In this document: in pieces, positions 22,623-32,803 of the stretch
Numbering within the stretch: the first letter of the stretch is position 1
Layout of the letters: each line of letters opens with the position of its first letter
Source of the DNA: Vicinamibacterales bacterium
GTDB lineage: Bacteria; Acidobacteriota; Vicinamibacteria; Vicinamibacterales; UBA8438
Assembly (NCBI GenBank): GCA_963665465.1
Contig: OY762226.1
Span: forward strand, 2,572,438-2,636,437
Length of the DNA stretch: 64,000 nt
Direction of reading: 5' to 3'
Translations under genes and position numbers: made by a program
Notes under the pieces: generated by a model
What the model was told of the DNA's origin: nothing
Seen by the model: only the letters and a program-made list of their open reading frames with translations
Database searches by the model: none

Positions 22623-24431
22623 ATGGAGAGAAGGGTTCTCCTCGCCGTCTTCCTGTCCTTCCTGGTGCTGTACGTCTACCAGGCGCTGGTCGAGCCGCCG
22701 CCCGCCGAGCGCGCCGGTGCCCGGCCGCCCGCCTCGCCGGCGGCGACGACGGCGCCGTCCGAGGCGCCTCCCCCGCCGCCGGTCCCCGGGGATGCGCTCG
22801 GCGCCCCCGGCGCGGCCGTGCCGCCCGCCGACGACACCGATCGCGTCCCCGCGGAACCGGTAGTCGCGGACACGGAGGCACGCGAGATTGTCGTCGAGAG
22901 CGACTGGTTCAGGGCGGTCTTCGGCAACCGCGGTGCGGAGCTGCTGAGCTGGCAGTTGGCGGAGTACCTCGACGACGGCCAGCCCGTGGACCTCGTGCCT
23001 CGGGATTTGCCGCCCGGCGAGCCCTCGCCGTTCGCGCTGGCCTTCGAGGACGAACGGTTGACCCGCCTGGCCGCTGACGCCCTCTACCGGTCCAGCGCCC
23101 GCCGGCTGCGGGTCGCCGATCGAACGGAGACGCTGACGTTCGACTACGAGGACGCCAACGGGCTGCGGATCCGCAAGACTTTCCGGTTCGACCCGTCGTC
23201 GAGCCCGTACGTGATGACGCTGGCGGTGGAGGCGGCGCACGGGCAGGAGACGCTCAACCCCGCGTTGCGCTGGGGTCCGGCGCTCGGCGGCGGCGAGCAC
23301 ACGACGTCGGGATTCGCCTTCCGGCAGGGCCCGCGCGGGGTGGTGTACGGGCGCCTGCAGGAAGGCGGCGCGTACTCGGAGCTCGATATCACGCGTCCGG
23401 CGGCGTCCGACGTGGCGGCGCAACCCACGTACCTGGGCCAGTTGGCGTTCGCGGGCGTCGACAACCACTATTTCCTGGCCGCGGCGCTGCCCGGGGTGCA
23501 GGAGGCGACCGTCCGCTACCGGGCCGTACCGCTTCCCCCGCGGACGGTGGACGGCGAGCCGCGGGAGCTCATGGCGTTCGACCTGCGGCTGGCCGGCGGT
23601 CTGGGCGGCGTGCCCTTCTACCTCGGGCCGAAGGACTTCGACATCCTGGAAGTCGCGGACGCGGCACTGCCGCGCGCCATCGAGTTCGGCTTCCTGTCGT
23701 GGCTGGTCGTTCCCCTGCACCGGTCCCTGAGCTGGGTGCACGCCGGTGTCGGCAACTGGGGGTTCTCGATCATCATCCTGACCATCCTGATCAACATCGT
23801 CATCTTCCCGCTGCGGCACAAGAGCGTCGTGTCGATGCGCAAGATGCAGGAGCTGCAGCCGGAGATGAAGGCGATTCAGGAGCGCTACAAGCACCTGAAG
23901 ACGACGGATCCCGACAAGCAGAAGATGAATCAGGAGGTCATGGCGCTCTACCGTGACCGCGGCGTGAATCCGGCCAGCGGCTGCCTGCCGATGCTGGCCA
24001 CGATGCCGATCCTGTTCGCGTTCTTCCGGCTGCTCACGATGGCGATCGAGATTCGCGGCGCGCCGTTCGTGCTCTGGATCACGGATCTGTCGCTGCACGA
24101 TCCGTTGTACATCACACCGCTCGTGATGGGCGCGTCGATGGTCCTGCAGCAGCGCCTGTCACCAGCGCAGGTCGACGCGATGCAGCAGCGGATGATGATG
24201 CTGATGCCCGTCGTGTTCACGTTCATGTTCCTGTGGGCGCCGAGCGGACTGGTGCTCTACTGGCTCACGAGCAACGTGCTGGGGATCGGGCAGCAGGTGA
24301 TCACGAACCGCCTGATCGGACCGCCGAAGGTGCGTACCGTGCGGCCGCCGGCCGAGCGGCGGGTCCGGAATCCGCGCCGCGACAAGAGCGGGAAGAAGGC
24401 GAGCGGGTCGGGCCAGGAGTCGGCGCAGTAG
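22623..24431 (+). CDS. yidC: Membrane protein insertase
   Basis: GNWGFSII, MQELQP, NPASGCLP, LYWLTSN. Confidence 0.97.
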   Translation: MERRVLLAVFLSFLVLYVYQALVEPPPAERAGARPPASPAATTAPSEAPPPPPVPGDALGAPGAAVPPADDTDRVPAEPVVADTEAREIVVESDWFRAVFGNRGAELLSWQLAEYLDDGQPVDLVPRDLPPGEPSPFALAFEDERLTRLAADALYRSSARRLRVADRTETLTFDYEDANGLRIRKTFRFDPSSSPYVMTLAVEAAHGQETLNPALRWGPALGGGEHTTSGFAFRQGPRGVVYGRLQEGGAYSELDITRPAASDVAAQPTYLGQLAFAGVDNHYFLAAALPGVQEATVRYRAVPLPPRTVDGEPRELMAFDLRLAGGLGGVPFYLGPKDFDILEVADAALPRAIEFGFLSWLVVPLHRSLSWVHAGVGNWGFSIIILTILINIVIFPLRHKSVVSMRKMQELQPEMKAIQERYKHLKTTDPDKQKMNQEVMALYRDRGVNPASGCLPMLATMPILFAFFRLLTMAIEIRGAPFVLWITDLSLHDPLYITPLVMGASMVLQQRLSPAQVDAMQQRMMMLMPVVFTFMFLWAPSGLVLYWLTSNVLGIGQQVITNRLIGPPKVRTVRPPAERRVRNPRRDKSGKKASGSGQESAQ

Positions 24432-24450
24432 ACCGGCGGGCACGCCGGCG

Positions 24451-24480
24451 GGGTTGGTTGGGCGGCAACGGAGCCGCGGG
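24451..24480 (+). repeat. Partial module C of the intergenic repeat
   Basis: GGGTTGGTTGGGCGGCAACGGAGCCGC, matching the copies at 32839, 37461, 52804 and (minus strand) 28921-28958. Confidence 0.75.
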
Positions 24481-24497
24481 CTCCCGGAGCGAGGGCC

Positions 24498-24950
24498 GTG
24501 GAGAACGATCTGAGCGCGCAGCTGGTCGGGTTCGTGCAGTCGATCACGGCGGCCATGGGACTCGAAACGACGGTGACGGTCGAGCCGATTGCCGACGGCA
24601 CGCGGGTCGCGATCGCGGGCGGCGGATGCGAGGTGTTCCTGCGCCGGCGGGCGGCCGCGCTCGACGCGTTGCAGCATCTCGTCAACGCCGCGTTTCGCCG
24701 GCACCATCCGGACCGGCACATCGTCGTCGACTGCCTCGACTACCGCAAGGGGAAGGACGCGGAGTTGCGGGAGACTGCGAGGCTGCTGGTCGTCCGGGCG
24801 CGCGAGACGGGCGAACCGCAGGAGATCGGCCCGCTCAATCCGTACGCCCGCCGCATCGTCCACCTGACCGTCGCCGAGGAGCCGAACGCGTCGTCGGAGA
24901 GCGTCGGCGACGCGTTCATGAAGACGGTCGTGATCACCACGGGCTCCTGA
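24498..24950 (+). CDS. jag: Jag/EloR (KhpB)-like KH + R3H RNA-binding protein, lacking the N-terminal Jag domain
   Basis: LDALQHL, DYR, and R3H motif PYARRIVH; lies between yidC and mnmE. Confidence 0.85.
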   Translation: MENDLSAQLVGFVQSITAAMGLETTVTVEPIADGTRVAIAGGGCEVFLRRRAAALDALQHLVNAAFRRHHPDRHIVVDCLDYRKGKDAELRETARLLVVRARETGEPQEIGPLNPYARRIVHLTVAEEPNASSESVGDAFMKTVVITTGS

Positions 24951-25001
24951 GTCCGCGACGGCAAGGTTCCTGCCGCGGGCTCCTCGACCCTGACGGGAGG
25001 C

Positions 25002-26357
25002 ATGTACTCCCCCGACGACACGATTGTCGCGATCGCGACGCCGCCCGGGCGCGGGGCCATCGGGGTGGTGCGTGTCAGCGGTCCGGGTGCGGCGGAGGCC
25101 GCCAGGGCCATCCTCCGCGAGCCCGTGGAGCTGGCGCCGCGGCGTGCGACGCTGGCCGCGGTGCGGGGCACGGCGGGCCGCCTGGACCGCGTCCTCGCCA
25201 CGCACTTTCCCGCGCCCGCGTCCTACACTGGCGAGGACGTCGTCGAGATCAGCGGTCACGGGAGCCCCCTGCTGCTGCGGCTGATCGTGGAAGCGGTCGT
25301 CGAGGCCGGCGCGCGCCTGGCCGAGCCTGGCGAGTTCACCCTGCGGGCGTTCGTCAATGGCCGGATGGATCTGGTGCAGGCCGAGGCGGTCGCCGATCTC
25401 GTCAACGCGGTGACGCCGCTGCAGGCGCGCGTCGCGTGCGACCAGCTCGAGGGCACGGTCACCGGTGCGATCGGCGAGATCGATGCAGACCTGTTCGACC
25501 TCGTGGCGCGCCTGGAGGCCTCGATCGACTTCCCCGACGAAGGCTACCACTTTGCCGCTGCGGACGCGGTAGCCGGGGAAACGCAGGCGCTGCGGCGGCG
25601 GGCGGAGGCGCTGCTCGCCGATGCGCGCCGCGGCCGGCTGGTTCGCGACGGATGCCAGGTCGTCATTCTCGGCAGGCCGAATGTGGGCAAGTCGACCCTG
25701 TTCAACCGGCTGCTCGGCGCCGCCCGCGCCATCGTGACGGATGTGCCCGGGACTACGCGGGACCTGCTCACGGAGACCGTGGAGCTCGAGGGCGTGCCGG
25801 TCACGCTCGTCGACACGGCCGGAATTCGCAGAACGGCCGACGCTGTCGAGTCGGAGGGGGTCGCGCGCTCGCGCGCGGCCCTCGGCGTGGCCGCCGCGGT
25901 CCTGCTGGTGCTCGATCGGTCGCGCCCCCTCGAGCCGGAGGACCGCGAGCTGCTCCGCGAGACGCGCTCGACGCGCCGCGTCGTCGTCGTCAACAAGACG
26001 GACCTGCCGGCATGCTGGGAGGTCGGCGAGCTGCGGGCCGAGGGCCCCGCGGTGCCCGTGTCCTTGCGCACGGAGGCGGCCCTCGGGGAGTTGCGGGCGG
26101 CTGTCGCGGAGCTGCTGTGGGCGGGCGAGCGGCACCGTGACACGCCGCTGCTCTCCAACCTGCGCCACATCGGCCTGGTCGAGCGTGCGGCCGCCGCGCT
26201 GGGCCGCGCGGAAGCGGCTGCAGCTGCCGCGGAGCCCGAGGAGCTGGTGCTCGCCGACCTGCAGGACGCGCGCGTCGCGCTCGAGGAGGTAACGGGGAAG
26301 CGCACGTCGGACGATCTCCTGCAGCGCATCTTCGAGCAGTTCTGCATAGGGAAATAG
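25002..26357 (+). CDS. mnmE: tRNA modification GTPase
   Basis: [32 protein letters not shown]. Confidence 0.98.
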   Translation: MYSPDDTIVAIATPPGRGAIGVVRVSGPGAAEAARAILREPVELAPRRATLAAVRGTAGRLDRVLATHFPAPASYTGEDVVEISGHGSPLLLRLIVEAVVEAGARLAEPGEFTLRAFVNGRMDLVQAEAVADLVNAVTPLQARVACDQLEGTVTGAIGEIDADLFDLVARLEASIDFPDEGYHFAAADAVAGETQALRRRAEALLADARRGRLVRDGCQVVILGRPNVGKSTLFNRLLGAARAIVTDVPGTTRDLLTETVELEGVPVTLVDTAGIRRTADAVESEGVARSRAALGVAAAVLLVLDRSRPLEPEDRELLRETRSTRRVVVVNKTDLPACWEVGELRAEGPAVPVSLRTEAALGELRAAVAELLWAGERHRDTPLLSNLRHIGLVERAAAALGRAEAAAAAAEPEELVLADLQDARVALEEVTGKRTSDDLLQRIFEQFCIGK

Positions 26358-26370
26358 GGGCGGTCTGCAG

Positions 26371-28239
26371 ATGGAGAGGTTCGACGTCATCGTCATCGGG
26401 GCCGGTCACGCCGGCTGCGAGGCAGCCTACGCGGCGGCTCGCATGGGCTGCCGCGTGGGCCTGTGCTCGCTCTCCCGGGAGACCGTGGCGCACATGCCGT
26501 GCAACCCGGCGGTCGGCGGGACCGCAAAGGGGCACCTCGTACGCGAGATCGACGCGCTCGGCGGGCTGATGGGCATGGCCATCGACGCGACCGGCATTCA
26601 GTTCAAGCTGCTCAACCGCAGCCGCGGGCCCGCAGTCTGGTCGCCCCGCGCGCAGGCCGACAAGCAGCGCTACGGGAGCTGGGTACGCGACGAGCTCGAC
26701 CGCCAGCCCGGCATCGAGTGGGTCACCGGCCGGGCCGGCCGGGTCCTGACCGAGGACGGCGACGCGACCGGCATCGCGCTCGAGGACGGCGAACGGCTGG
26801 CCGGCAAGGCGGTGGTGGTCACGACCGGCACGTTTCTCAACGGGCTGATTCACGTCGGACCCGAGGCGCGCTCGGCGGGCCGGGCCGGCGAGCCGGCGTC
26901 GCACGAGCTGGCGGAGTCGCTCAAGGCGCTCGGGTTCCGCTGGGGCCGCCTCAAGACCGGCACGCCGCCGCGGCTCGACCGGCGCAGCATCGACTTCGGG
27001 CGGTTCGAGCCGGCGCCGGGGGATCGGCGGCCGGTGCCGTTCTCGTTCATGACCGAGGCGATCGAGCGACCGCAGATCCTGTGCCATCTCCTGCACACGA
27101 CCGCGCGCGTGCGCGACATCGTGCGGGATAATATCGGTCAATCCCCCTTATACAACGGCCAGATCACGGGCATCGGACCCCGCTACTGCCCGTCGCTCGA
27201 GGACAAGATCATGCGCTTCCCGGATCGGGAGCGACACCAGATCTTTCTCGAGCCGGAAGGGGTCGACGTCAACGAGACGTACGTGAACGGCTACTCGATG
27301 AGCCTGCCGCGCGATATCCAGGAGGATCTCGTGCGCGCATTGCCGGGCCTCGAGGACGCGGTCATGCTGCGGCCCGGGTATGCGGTCGAGTACGATTTCG
27401 TGCAGCCGACCGAGTTGCAGCCGACGCTCGAGACGAAGCGGATCGGCGGTCTGTACCTGGCCGGTCAGATCAACGGCACCTCGGGGTACGAGGAGGCGGC
27501 TGCCCAGGGGCTGCTGGCGGGCATCAATGCCGCCCTGCGCGCCCGCGGCGATCAGCCGCTCGTGCTCGGCAGGGAGGACGCATACATCGGGGTGCTCGCC
27601 GACGACCTGACGACGAAGGGGTGCCTGGAGCCCTATCGAATGTTCACGTCGCGCGCGGAGCACCGCCTGCTGCTGCGCATCGACAACGCCGATCTCCGGT
27701 TGACCGCGCGCGGCCGCCGGGTCGGCCTGGTGGATGACGCGCGGTGGGCCCGCTACGAGGGACGGCGCAGCCGCTACGAGCGCAACGTGCGGCGCGTACG
27801 CCGGACGACGATAGCGCTGAACGGCGCCGATCGCCGGCCGGCGGCGCGGCTGCTGCGCCGGCCGGAGGTGCGCCTGGCCGACCTCGCCGCCGACGGCGCC
27901 GTCGAGCTCGACATCGCGCCGGGACAGCGGCATCTCGATCTGCCGAGCGTGGAGACCGAGTTCAAGTACGCCGGCTACCTGGCCCGCCAGCAGGCCGCCG
28001 TCGAGCGCAGCCGCCGCCGGGAGAGCCAACCCATCCCCGCGAGTTTCCGCTACGACGGCGTGCCCGGCCTGTCCCGGGAGATCGTCGAGCGGCTCTCGGA
28101 GGTCCGGCCGCGCACGCTGGGGCAGGCGCTGCGGGTGCCGGGGGTTACGCCGGCTGCGGTGACGATCATTGCCGCCCACGCGGCGCGGGGCGCGCCGGGC
28201 ACCTCCGCACACCGCGCACGAGCCGCGGCCGAGCCATGA
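26371..28239 (+). CDS. mnmG: tRNA uridine 5-carboxymethylaminomethyl modification enzyme (GidA)
   Basis: [40 protein letters not shown]. Confidence 0.98.
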   Translation: MERFDVIVIGAGHAGCEAAYAAARMGCRVGLCSLSRETVAHMPCNPAVGGTAKGHLVREIDALGGLMGMAIDATGIQFKLLNRSRGPAVWSPRAQADKQRYGSWVRDELDRQPGIEWVTGRAGRVLTEDGDATGIALEDGERLAGKAVVVTTGTFLNGLIHVGPEARSAGRAGEPASHELAESLKALGFRWGRLKTGTPPRLDRRSIDFGRFEPAPGDRRPVPFSFMTEAIERPQILCHLLHTTARVRDIVRDNIGQSPLYNGQITGIGPRYCPSLEDKIMRFPDRERHQIFLEPEGVDVNETYVNGYSMSLPRDIQEDLVRALPGLEDAVMLRPGYAVEYDFVQPTELQPTLETKRIGGLYLAGQINGTSGYEEAAAQGLLAGINAALRARGDQPLVLGREDAYIGVLADDLTTKGCLEPYRMFTSRAEHRLLLRIDNADLRLTARGRRVGLVDDARWARYEGRRSRYERNVRRVRRTTIALNGADRRPAARLLRRPEVRLADLAADGAVELDIAPGQRHLDLPSVETEFKYAGYLARQQAAVERSRRRESQPIPASFRYDGVPGLSREIVERLSEVRPRTLGQALRVPGVTPAAVTIIAAHAARGAPGTSAHRARAAAEP

Positions 28240-28264
28240 CGCGACAACCGATGGGAGCGGACCG

Positions 28265-28915
28265 CTGAACCGGCGTGAGCTGGCCGATCGGCTCCGCCGC
28301 CGCGCCGCGCGCGCGGAGATGGACGTGTCCGGGCAACTGCTCGAGCACCTGTTGTCCTACGTCGAGCTGCTGCACCGCTGGAACGCGCGCTTGAACCTGA
28401 CGCGCCTGGACACCGGCGACGAGGGGCTCGACAGGCTGGTCGTCGAACCCCTGGCGGCGGCGCGCCATGTGGGGAGCCCGGCGCCGCGGGTCATCGATGT
28501 GGGTTCCGGCGGGGGATCGCCGGCCATCCCGTTGCGGCTGGCGTTGCCGGGCGGCTCGCTGCTGATGGTCGAGGCGAAGGCGCGCAAGGCAGCCTTCCTG
28601 CGCGAGGCGGTCAGGCACCTCGGCCTGACGCACACCGCCGTAGAAGCCGCGCGATTCGAGCAACTGGCCGGACGGCCGCCGTTGCGGGGCGCGTTCGACC
28701 TCGTGACGCTGCGCGCCGTGCGGGTGGACGCGGCCGTGCTGGGCGGCTTGCAGACCTTCCTGAGGAGCGGCGGGGAGCTCTTTCTCTTCACGGGTGCGCG
28801 TGGCGAAGAGCCGCCGGCCGCGGAGGCGCCGCTGACACGGCAGGCGTGCTACCCGCTCGTCGAGAGCCTGCGCAGCCGGCTCGTGGTGCTGCGCAAGGCG
28901 ACTGCCCGGGACTGA
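28265..28915 (+). CDS. rsmG: 16S rRNA G527 N7-methyltransferase (GidB)
   Basis: WNARLNLT, DVGSGGGSP, RKAAFL, TLRAV. Start uncertain: CTG at 28265 with an upstream GGAG, or ATG at 28319. Confidence 0.9.
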   Translation: MNRRELADRLRRRAARAEMDVSGQLLEHLLSYVELLHRWNARLNLTRLDTGDEGLDRLVVEPLAAARHVGSPAPRVIDVGSGGGSPAIPLRLALPGGSLLMVEAKARKAAFLREAVRHLGLTHTAVEAARFEQLAGRPPLRGAFDLVTLRAVRVDAAVLGGLQTFLRSGGELFLFTGARGEEPPAAEAPLTRQACYPLVESLRSRLVVLRKATARD

Positions 28916-28996
28916 CCTGAAATCGTCGCCTGCGGCTCCGATTGCCGCCCAACCAACCGGCCTGGCAGTCCGCACCGCTCTACGGCGCAGCCTGCT
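28916..28996 (-). repeat. Intergenic repeat, hairpin A + module C
   Basis: Reverse complement reads GCAGGCTGCGCCGTAGAGCGGTGCGGACTG...GGTTGGTTGGGCGGCAATCGGAGCCGCAGGCGACGATTT. Confidence 0.85.
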
Positions 28997-29016
28997 GCGC
29001 GGCCGTCGCGCCGGCC

Positions 29017-29604
29017 TCAGCCCGCGGCCGTGCCGTCCGCCGCGATCTGGGGGAAGTCGCGGCGTGAGTACAAGGCGACATAGCCGGGCACCTCTGCGCG
29101 GATGGCCTCGGCGCCCCCCTCGTCGCGGTCAACGAGCGCGATGACGCCGGCGACGATGCACCCGGCCTTGCGTGCCTCGGCGACCGCCTTGAGCGCGGAC
29201 CCGCCGCTGGTGACGACATCCTCCACGATGACGACGCGGGTGCCCGGCGAAGGCGGGTTCTCGATGAGCCGCATGGTACCGTGGGTCTTCGGCTGCTTTC
29301 TGACGTAGAACCCGTCGAGCGCGCGTCCCCGTGCCGCGGCTCGCAGCATCGTCGCGCCGATGATCGGGTCCGCGCCATGCGTGAGACCGCCGACGGCTCG
29401 AACCTGCGCGGGCAGGGCGTCCGCCGGCAGCGCGTCGAGGGCCTTCACGAAGGCGTCCCCCACCAGGGGCGCGCCGGCGGCGCTCAGGGTCACGGGCTTG
29501 CAGTCGAAGTAGTACGTGGAGGCCTTGCCGGAGCTCAGCGTCAGCCGGCGCCCGGTATGGAGCGCCCGTTCGGCAAGCAGTGTCCAGAGTGGATCGTCGG
29601 GCAT
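29017..29604 (-). CDS. pyrE: Orotate phosphoribosyltransferase
   Basis: LSSGKASTYYFDCK, VRKQPKTHG, PRPP loop IVEDVVTSGGS, LVDR. ATG at 29604. Confidence 0.93.
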   Translation of the reverse strand: MPDDPLWTLLAERALHTGRRLTLSSGKASTYYFDCKPVTLSAAGAPLVGDAFVKALDALPADALPAQVRAVGGLTHGADPIIGATMLRAAARGRALDGFYVRKQPKTHGTMRLIENPPSPGTRVVIVEDVVTSGGSALKAVAEARKAGCIVAGVIALVDRDEGGAEAIRAEVPGYVALYSRRDFPQIAADGTAAG

Positions 29605-29753
29605 GGAGCAACCTCTGCGGACCGGAAGCGCGGTGCGAGACGGTATGGTAACACCCACGGGGCGGCAGGCCGGCCGGGCGACGGCGGGAAGCCGGCCCCG
29701 CGGCCGATCCCGCACGAACGAGACGGCGCGAAGGACGTCGAGGCGGCGAGAGA

Positions 29754-29769
29754 TGTTCCACGTGGAACA
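29754..29769. promoter_or_regulatory. parS site 1
   Basis: Perfect palindrome TGTTCCACGTGGAACA, matching the chromosomal parS consensus. Confidence 0.95.
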
Positions 29770-29787
29770 AGGTGGCACGCCGCCCCG

Positions 29788-29937
29788 AGTCGGTTGTGAA
29801 ACGCCGCGTGGCGTCGAGGCCGGTCAGCCCGGCTGATGCGACGTGACGAGGGCGCATTCTGGCCAGGGTCGGGCGCGAAACGACGCTGTCGGACCGGATG
29901 CAGCGCCGAACGCGGCGGCGGCCGCTTGCCGCGGAGT
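29788..29937 (+). mobile_element. Decayed copy of the MITE at 41859-42036
   Basis: Shares GTGAAAC.CCGCGT, CCCGGCTGA, CGTGACGAGGG.GCAT..TGGCCA, GGATGCA.CGCCG and TTGCC.CGG in the same order; termini eroded. Confidence 0.65.
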
Positions 29938-30043
29938 CCCGGGCGGGGTGAGCCGGCGCCGCTCCCGCGCGAAGCCCGCTGGCTGTCGCATGGCGCCGGA
30001 GTGCGCGGTGGGGACGACGAGGGGGGCGTCCCCGCACGGCCGG

Positions 30044-30059
30044 TGTTCCACGTGGAACA
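30044..30059. promoter_or_regulatory. parS site 2, inside a 30-bp perfect palindrome (30037-30066)
   Basis: CGGCCGG-TGTTCCACGTGGAACA-CCGGCCG. Confidence 0.95.
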
Positions 30060-30255
30060 CCGGCCGGACGCGGCTCCCGCGCGGCGCCGGCCCGGCTGCA
30101 GGGAGTGGCCGGCCCCTTGCGTGAGCGCCGATCCGGAGACAGGTCCGACCGCGCAGGGCCGTGTCGCGCGCCCCGCGCGGGAAGTTTGACCGCGGAGGGC
30201 CAATAATCGTACGTTGGGAGGGGTCTTCCCGCAGCCAACGAATGACGCGCCGACC

Positions 30256-31113
30256 ATGTGGTTTCGCCTGAAAAAGCTTGCGTCCCCGCCCCTGCGCGAA
30301 ACGCCGCTCAAGGCTGTCGTCGCCATCGCGAACCAGAAGGGCGGCGTCGGGAAGACGACGACCGCCATCAACCTGGCCGCGTCGCTCGCTGTCGCCGGGC
30401 GCAAGGTGCTGGTCGTCGACATGGATCCGCAGGCAAACCTGACCAGCGGCGTCGGCCTGAAGGATAAGCGGGGCGCGGGCGGGACCATCTACGACGCGCT
30501 GACCGGCGACGGCCGCGCGGATGTGCAGGACTTCGTGGTCGCGACGGGGGTCCGGAATCTGTCGCTCATCCCCGCAGATCGCCACTTGACGGGTGCTGAG
30601 ATCGAGCTCGTGAACCTGGCCGACCGGGAGTCGCGGCTGCGCCCGATCGTCGCGCAGGCGCGCGATCGCTTCGACCACGTCTTCATCGACACGCCGCCGT
30701 CCCTCGGCTTGTTGACGCTCAACGCACTCGTGGCGGCGGACGAGGTGCTGATTCCGCTGACCTGCGAGTATTTTGCGCTCGAAGGCGTTGCCGAGCTGAC
30801 TGCCACCGTGCAGCGGGTTCGCGCCGACCTGAATCCGGAACTCGCCATCGGAGGCGTCCTGTTGACGATGACCGACACGCGCACGAATCTCGGGCGGCAG
30901 GTCGCGGCGGAGGTGAGAGCGTTCTTCAAGGAGAAGGTATTTGTCACGGTCATTCCCAGGAATATACGTTTGGGCGAAGCACCTAGTCATGGCTTGCCAG
31001 TGGTGATGTACGACAGGCGGGCGCGGGGCGCCACGGCGTACGCGGCGCTAGCGGACGAGGTGCTGGCTGCGGGACGGAGCGCCGCGGCGGCAGGGAGCGG
31101 AGATCGTGGCTGA
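30256..31113 (+). CDS. parA: Chromosome partitioning ATPase (Soj)
   Basis: NQKGGVGKTTT, DMDPQAN, IDTPPSLG, IPRNIRLGEAPS. Start uncertain. Confidence 0.96.
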   Translation: MWFRLKKLASPPLRETPLKAVVAIANQKGGVGKTTTAINLAASLAVAGRKVLVVDMDPQANLTSGVGLKDKRGAGGTIYDALTGDGRADVQDFVVATGVRNLSLIPADRHLTGAEIELVNLADRESRLRPIVAQARDRFDHVFIDTPPSLGLLTLNALVAADEVLIPLTCEYFALEGVAELTATVQRVRADLNPELAIGGVLLTMTDTRTNLGRQVAAEVRAFFKEKVFVTVIPRNIRLGEAPSHGLPVVMYDRRARGATAYAALADEVLAAGRSAAAAGSGDRG

Positions 31114-31963
31114 CAGGCGTCGCGCGCTGGGCCGGGGGCTGAGCGCGCTCATTCCCGACGTGCCGCAGCCGGCGCCGCGCGTCGACACGCCGCTGGAGCT
31201 CGATCTCGACCTGATCGAGCCCAACCGCCACCAGCCGCGCCGCATCATGGACGACGGGAAGCTGGAGGAGCTGGCCCAGTCGATCAGGGGCAGCGGCATC
31301 ATTCAGCCCATCGTCGTCCGCCGGCGGGGCGAGGGCGCGTACGAGATCGTCGCCGGCGAGCGGCGCTGGCGTGCGGCGCAGCGCGCGGGCCTGCTGAAGG
31401 TGCCGGTCGTCGTCCGCGACGTCCCGGACGACAAGCGCCTCGAGCTGGCGCTGATCGAGAACGTTCAGCGGGAGGATCTCAATCCGATCGAGGAGGCGCG
31501 GGCCTACAGGCGCCTGGCCGACGAGCTCGGGCTGACGCAGGAGGAGATCGCGCGCGCGGTTGGCAAGGAGCGCGCGACGGTGGCCAACTACCAGCGCCTG
31601 TTGTCGCTGCCCGCGGAGGTTCAGGCGGATGTCGCGGCGGGCGCGCTCAGCATGGGCCACGCGCGCGCGCTCGTCGCCCTGCCGGCGGCGGGCGAGCAGC
31701 GGCGGACGGCGCGGGACGTGCGCGCCCGCGGGCTGTCGGTCCGCGACACCGAGCTGCTGGTGAAGCGGCGTCTGGCGCCGCCCGCGCCGCCGCCCCCCGG
31801 TCCCGACCCGCATACGAAGGCCGCGGCCGAGCGGCTCCGCGTCGCGCTCGGGACCGGCGTGGAGATCGTGCGCCGGCGGCGGGGCGGAAGGATCGAGATC
31901 CACTTCCGATCCGAGGAAGAGCTGCAGCGGTTGTTCGAGCAGCTCACGGCCCCGGCAGGTTGA
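31106..31963 (+). CDS. parB: Chromosome partitioning protein (Spo0J)
   Basis: LGRGLSALI, QPR, GERRWRA, ALIENVQREDLNPIEEA, HTH. Confidence 0.97.
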   Translation: MADRRRALGRGLSALIPDVPQPAPRVDTPLELDLDLIEPNRHQPRRIMDDGKLEELAQSIRGSGIIQPIVVRRRGEGAYEIVAGERRWRAAQRAGLLKVPVVVRDVPDDKRLELALIENVQREDLNPIEEARAYRRLADELGLTQEEIARAVGKERATVANYQRLLSLPAEVQADVAAGALSMGHARALVALPAAGEQRRTARDVRARGLSVRDTELLVKRRLAPPAPPPPGPDPHTKAAAERLRVALGTGVEIVRRRRGGRIEIHFRSEEELQRLFEQLTAPAG

Positions 31964-31972
31964 CGCGGCGGC

Positions 31973-32001
31973 TTGCTCCGGCTGCCCGTGGATGGTATAA
32001 A
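31973..32001 (+). promoter_or_regulatory. Putative sigma70 promoter of atpHAGDC
   Basis: TTGCTC-17 bp-TATAAA with an extended -10 TG. Confidence 0.55.
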
Positions 32002-32248
32002 CAACTGTTTGGCCCGCCGCGGATCGCCCCTTACATGACAGGTCTGCGCGCGAAAGTCCGCGCCCGTCGGGCGCCTGCAAGGTCGGACGGTGCGTGCGGA
32101 CCGGGCGGCAGCAGCCCGGGGTGAGGCCCGCGCCGCACCGAGGCGCGGTCGCGACAATGCCGTCGCACGGCCGGCACAACGTGTAACGAGGGAATGCATG
32201 CAGCGGGGTCGCTGGCCATGGGATCCGAGTATGCGAGTCAGTTGAACG

Positions 32249-32803
32249 ATGGCGAATCGCACTGCCGCCGCGCGGTACGTACGTGCCCTGCTTGAAGTCT
32301 GCGAGGGGGAAGCCGAGCTCGAGCGCGTCGAGCGGGAGGTGTCGGCGTTCGCGGCGCTGTTCGACGAGCACCCCACGCTGCGCAAGAGCCTGCTCAATCC
32401 GGCGGTGCCGGCCGCCCCGAAGCGGGCCGTGGTCGCGGCGCTCCTCGACCGCGGCGGCGATCTGGCGCCGGTCGCCCGGCGGCTCCTCACCCTCCTGGCG
32501 GAGCGCGACCGGCTGTCGCTGCTCCCGGAGATTCTCGACGTGTACCGCGATCGCCTGATGGAGCGGCGGGGCATGGTCCGGGCCCGGGTCACCACGGCCG
32601 CACCGCTGCCGGACGGCGGGGCGCACGAGATGACCCGGCGGCTCGAGGCGGCGACCGGCAAGCGGGTCACTGTCGAGACCGCGGTCGATCCGGCGGTCAT
32701 CGGCGGCGTGGTCACCCAGATCGGCAGCACGGTCTGGGATGGCAGCATCGCGCGGCATCTGGCCCGGCTGCGGGAGCGCTTCCTGGGCGACGCAGCCGGC
32801 TAG
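32249..32803 (+). CDS. atpH: F1 ATP synthase subunit delta
   Basis: AARY, NPAV, VDPAVIGG, DGSI. Confidence 0.93.
   Translation: MANRTAAARYVRALLEVCEGEAELERVEREVSAFAALFDEHPTLRKSLLNPAVPAAPKRAVVAALLDRGGDLAPVARRLLTLLAERDRLSLLPEILDVYRDRLMERRGMVRARVTTAAPLPDGGAHEMTRRLEAATGKRVTVETAVDPAVIGGVVTQIGSTVWDGSIARHLARLRERFLGDAAG

Noticed and set aside
29790-29803. Third parS site (GTTGTGAAAC)
   Set aside because: Only a half-site, and it is explained by the left end of the decayed MITE.
32045-32075. RNase P RNA or c-di-GMP riboswitch suggested by GAAAGTCC and GCAA loops
   Set aside because: The other conserved elements (rnpB P4 3' strand, GEMM GCAAA/GGAC pattern) are missing.
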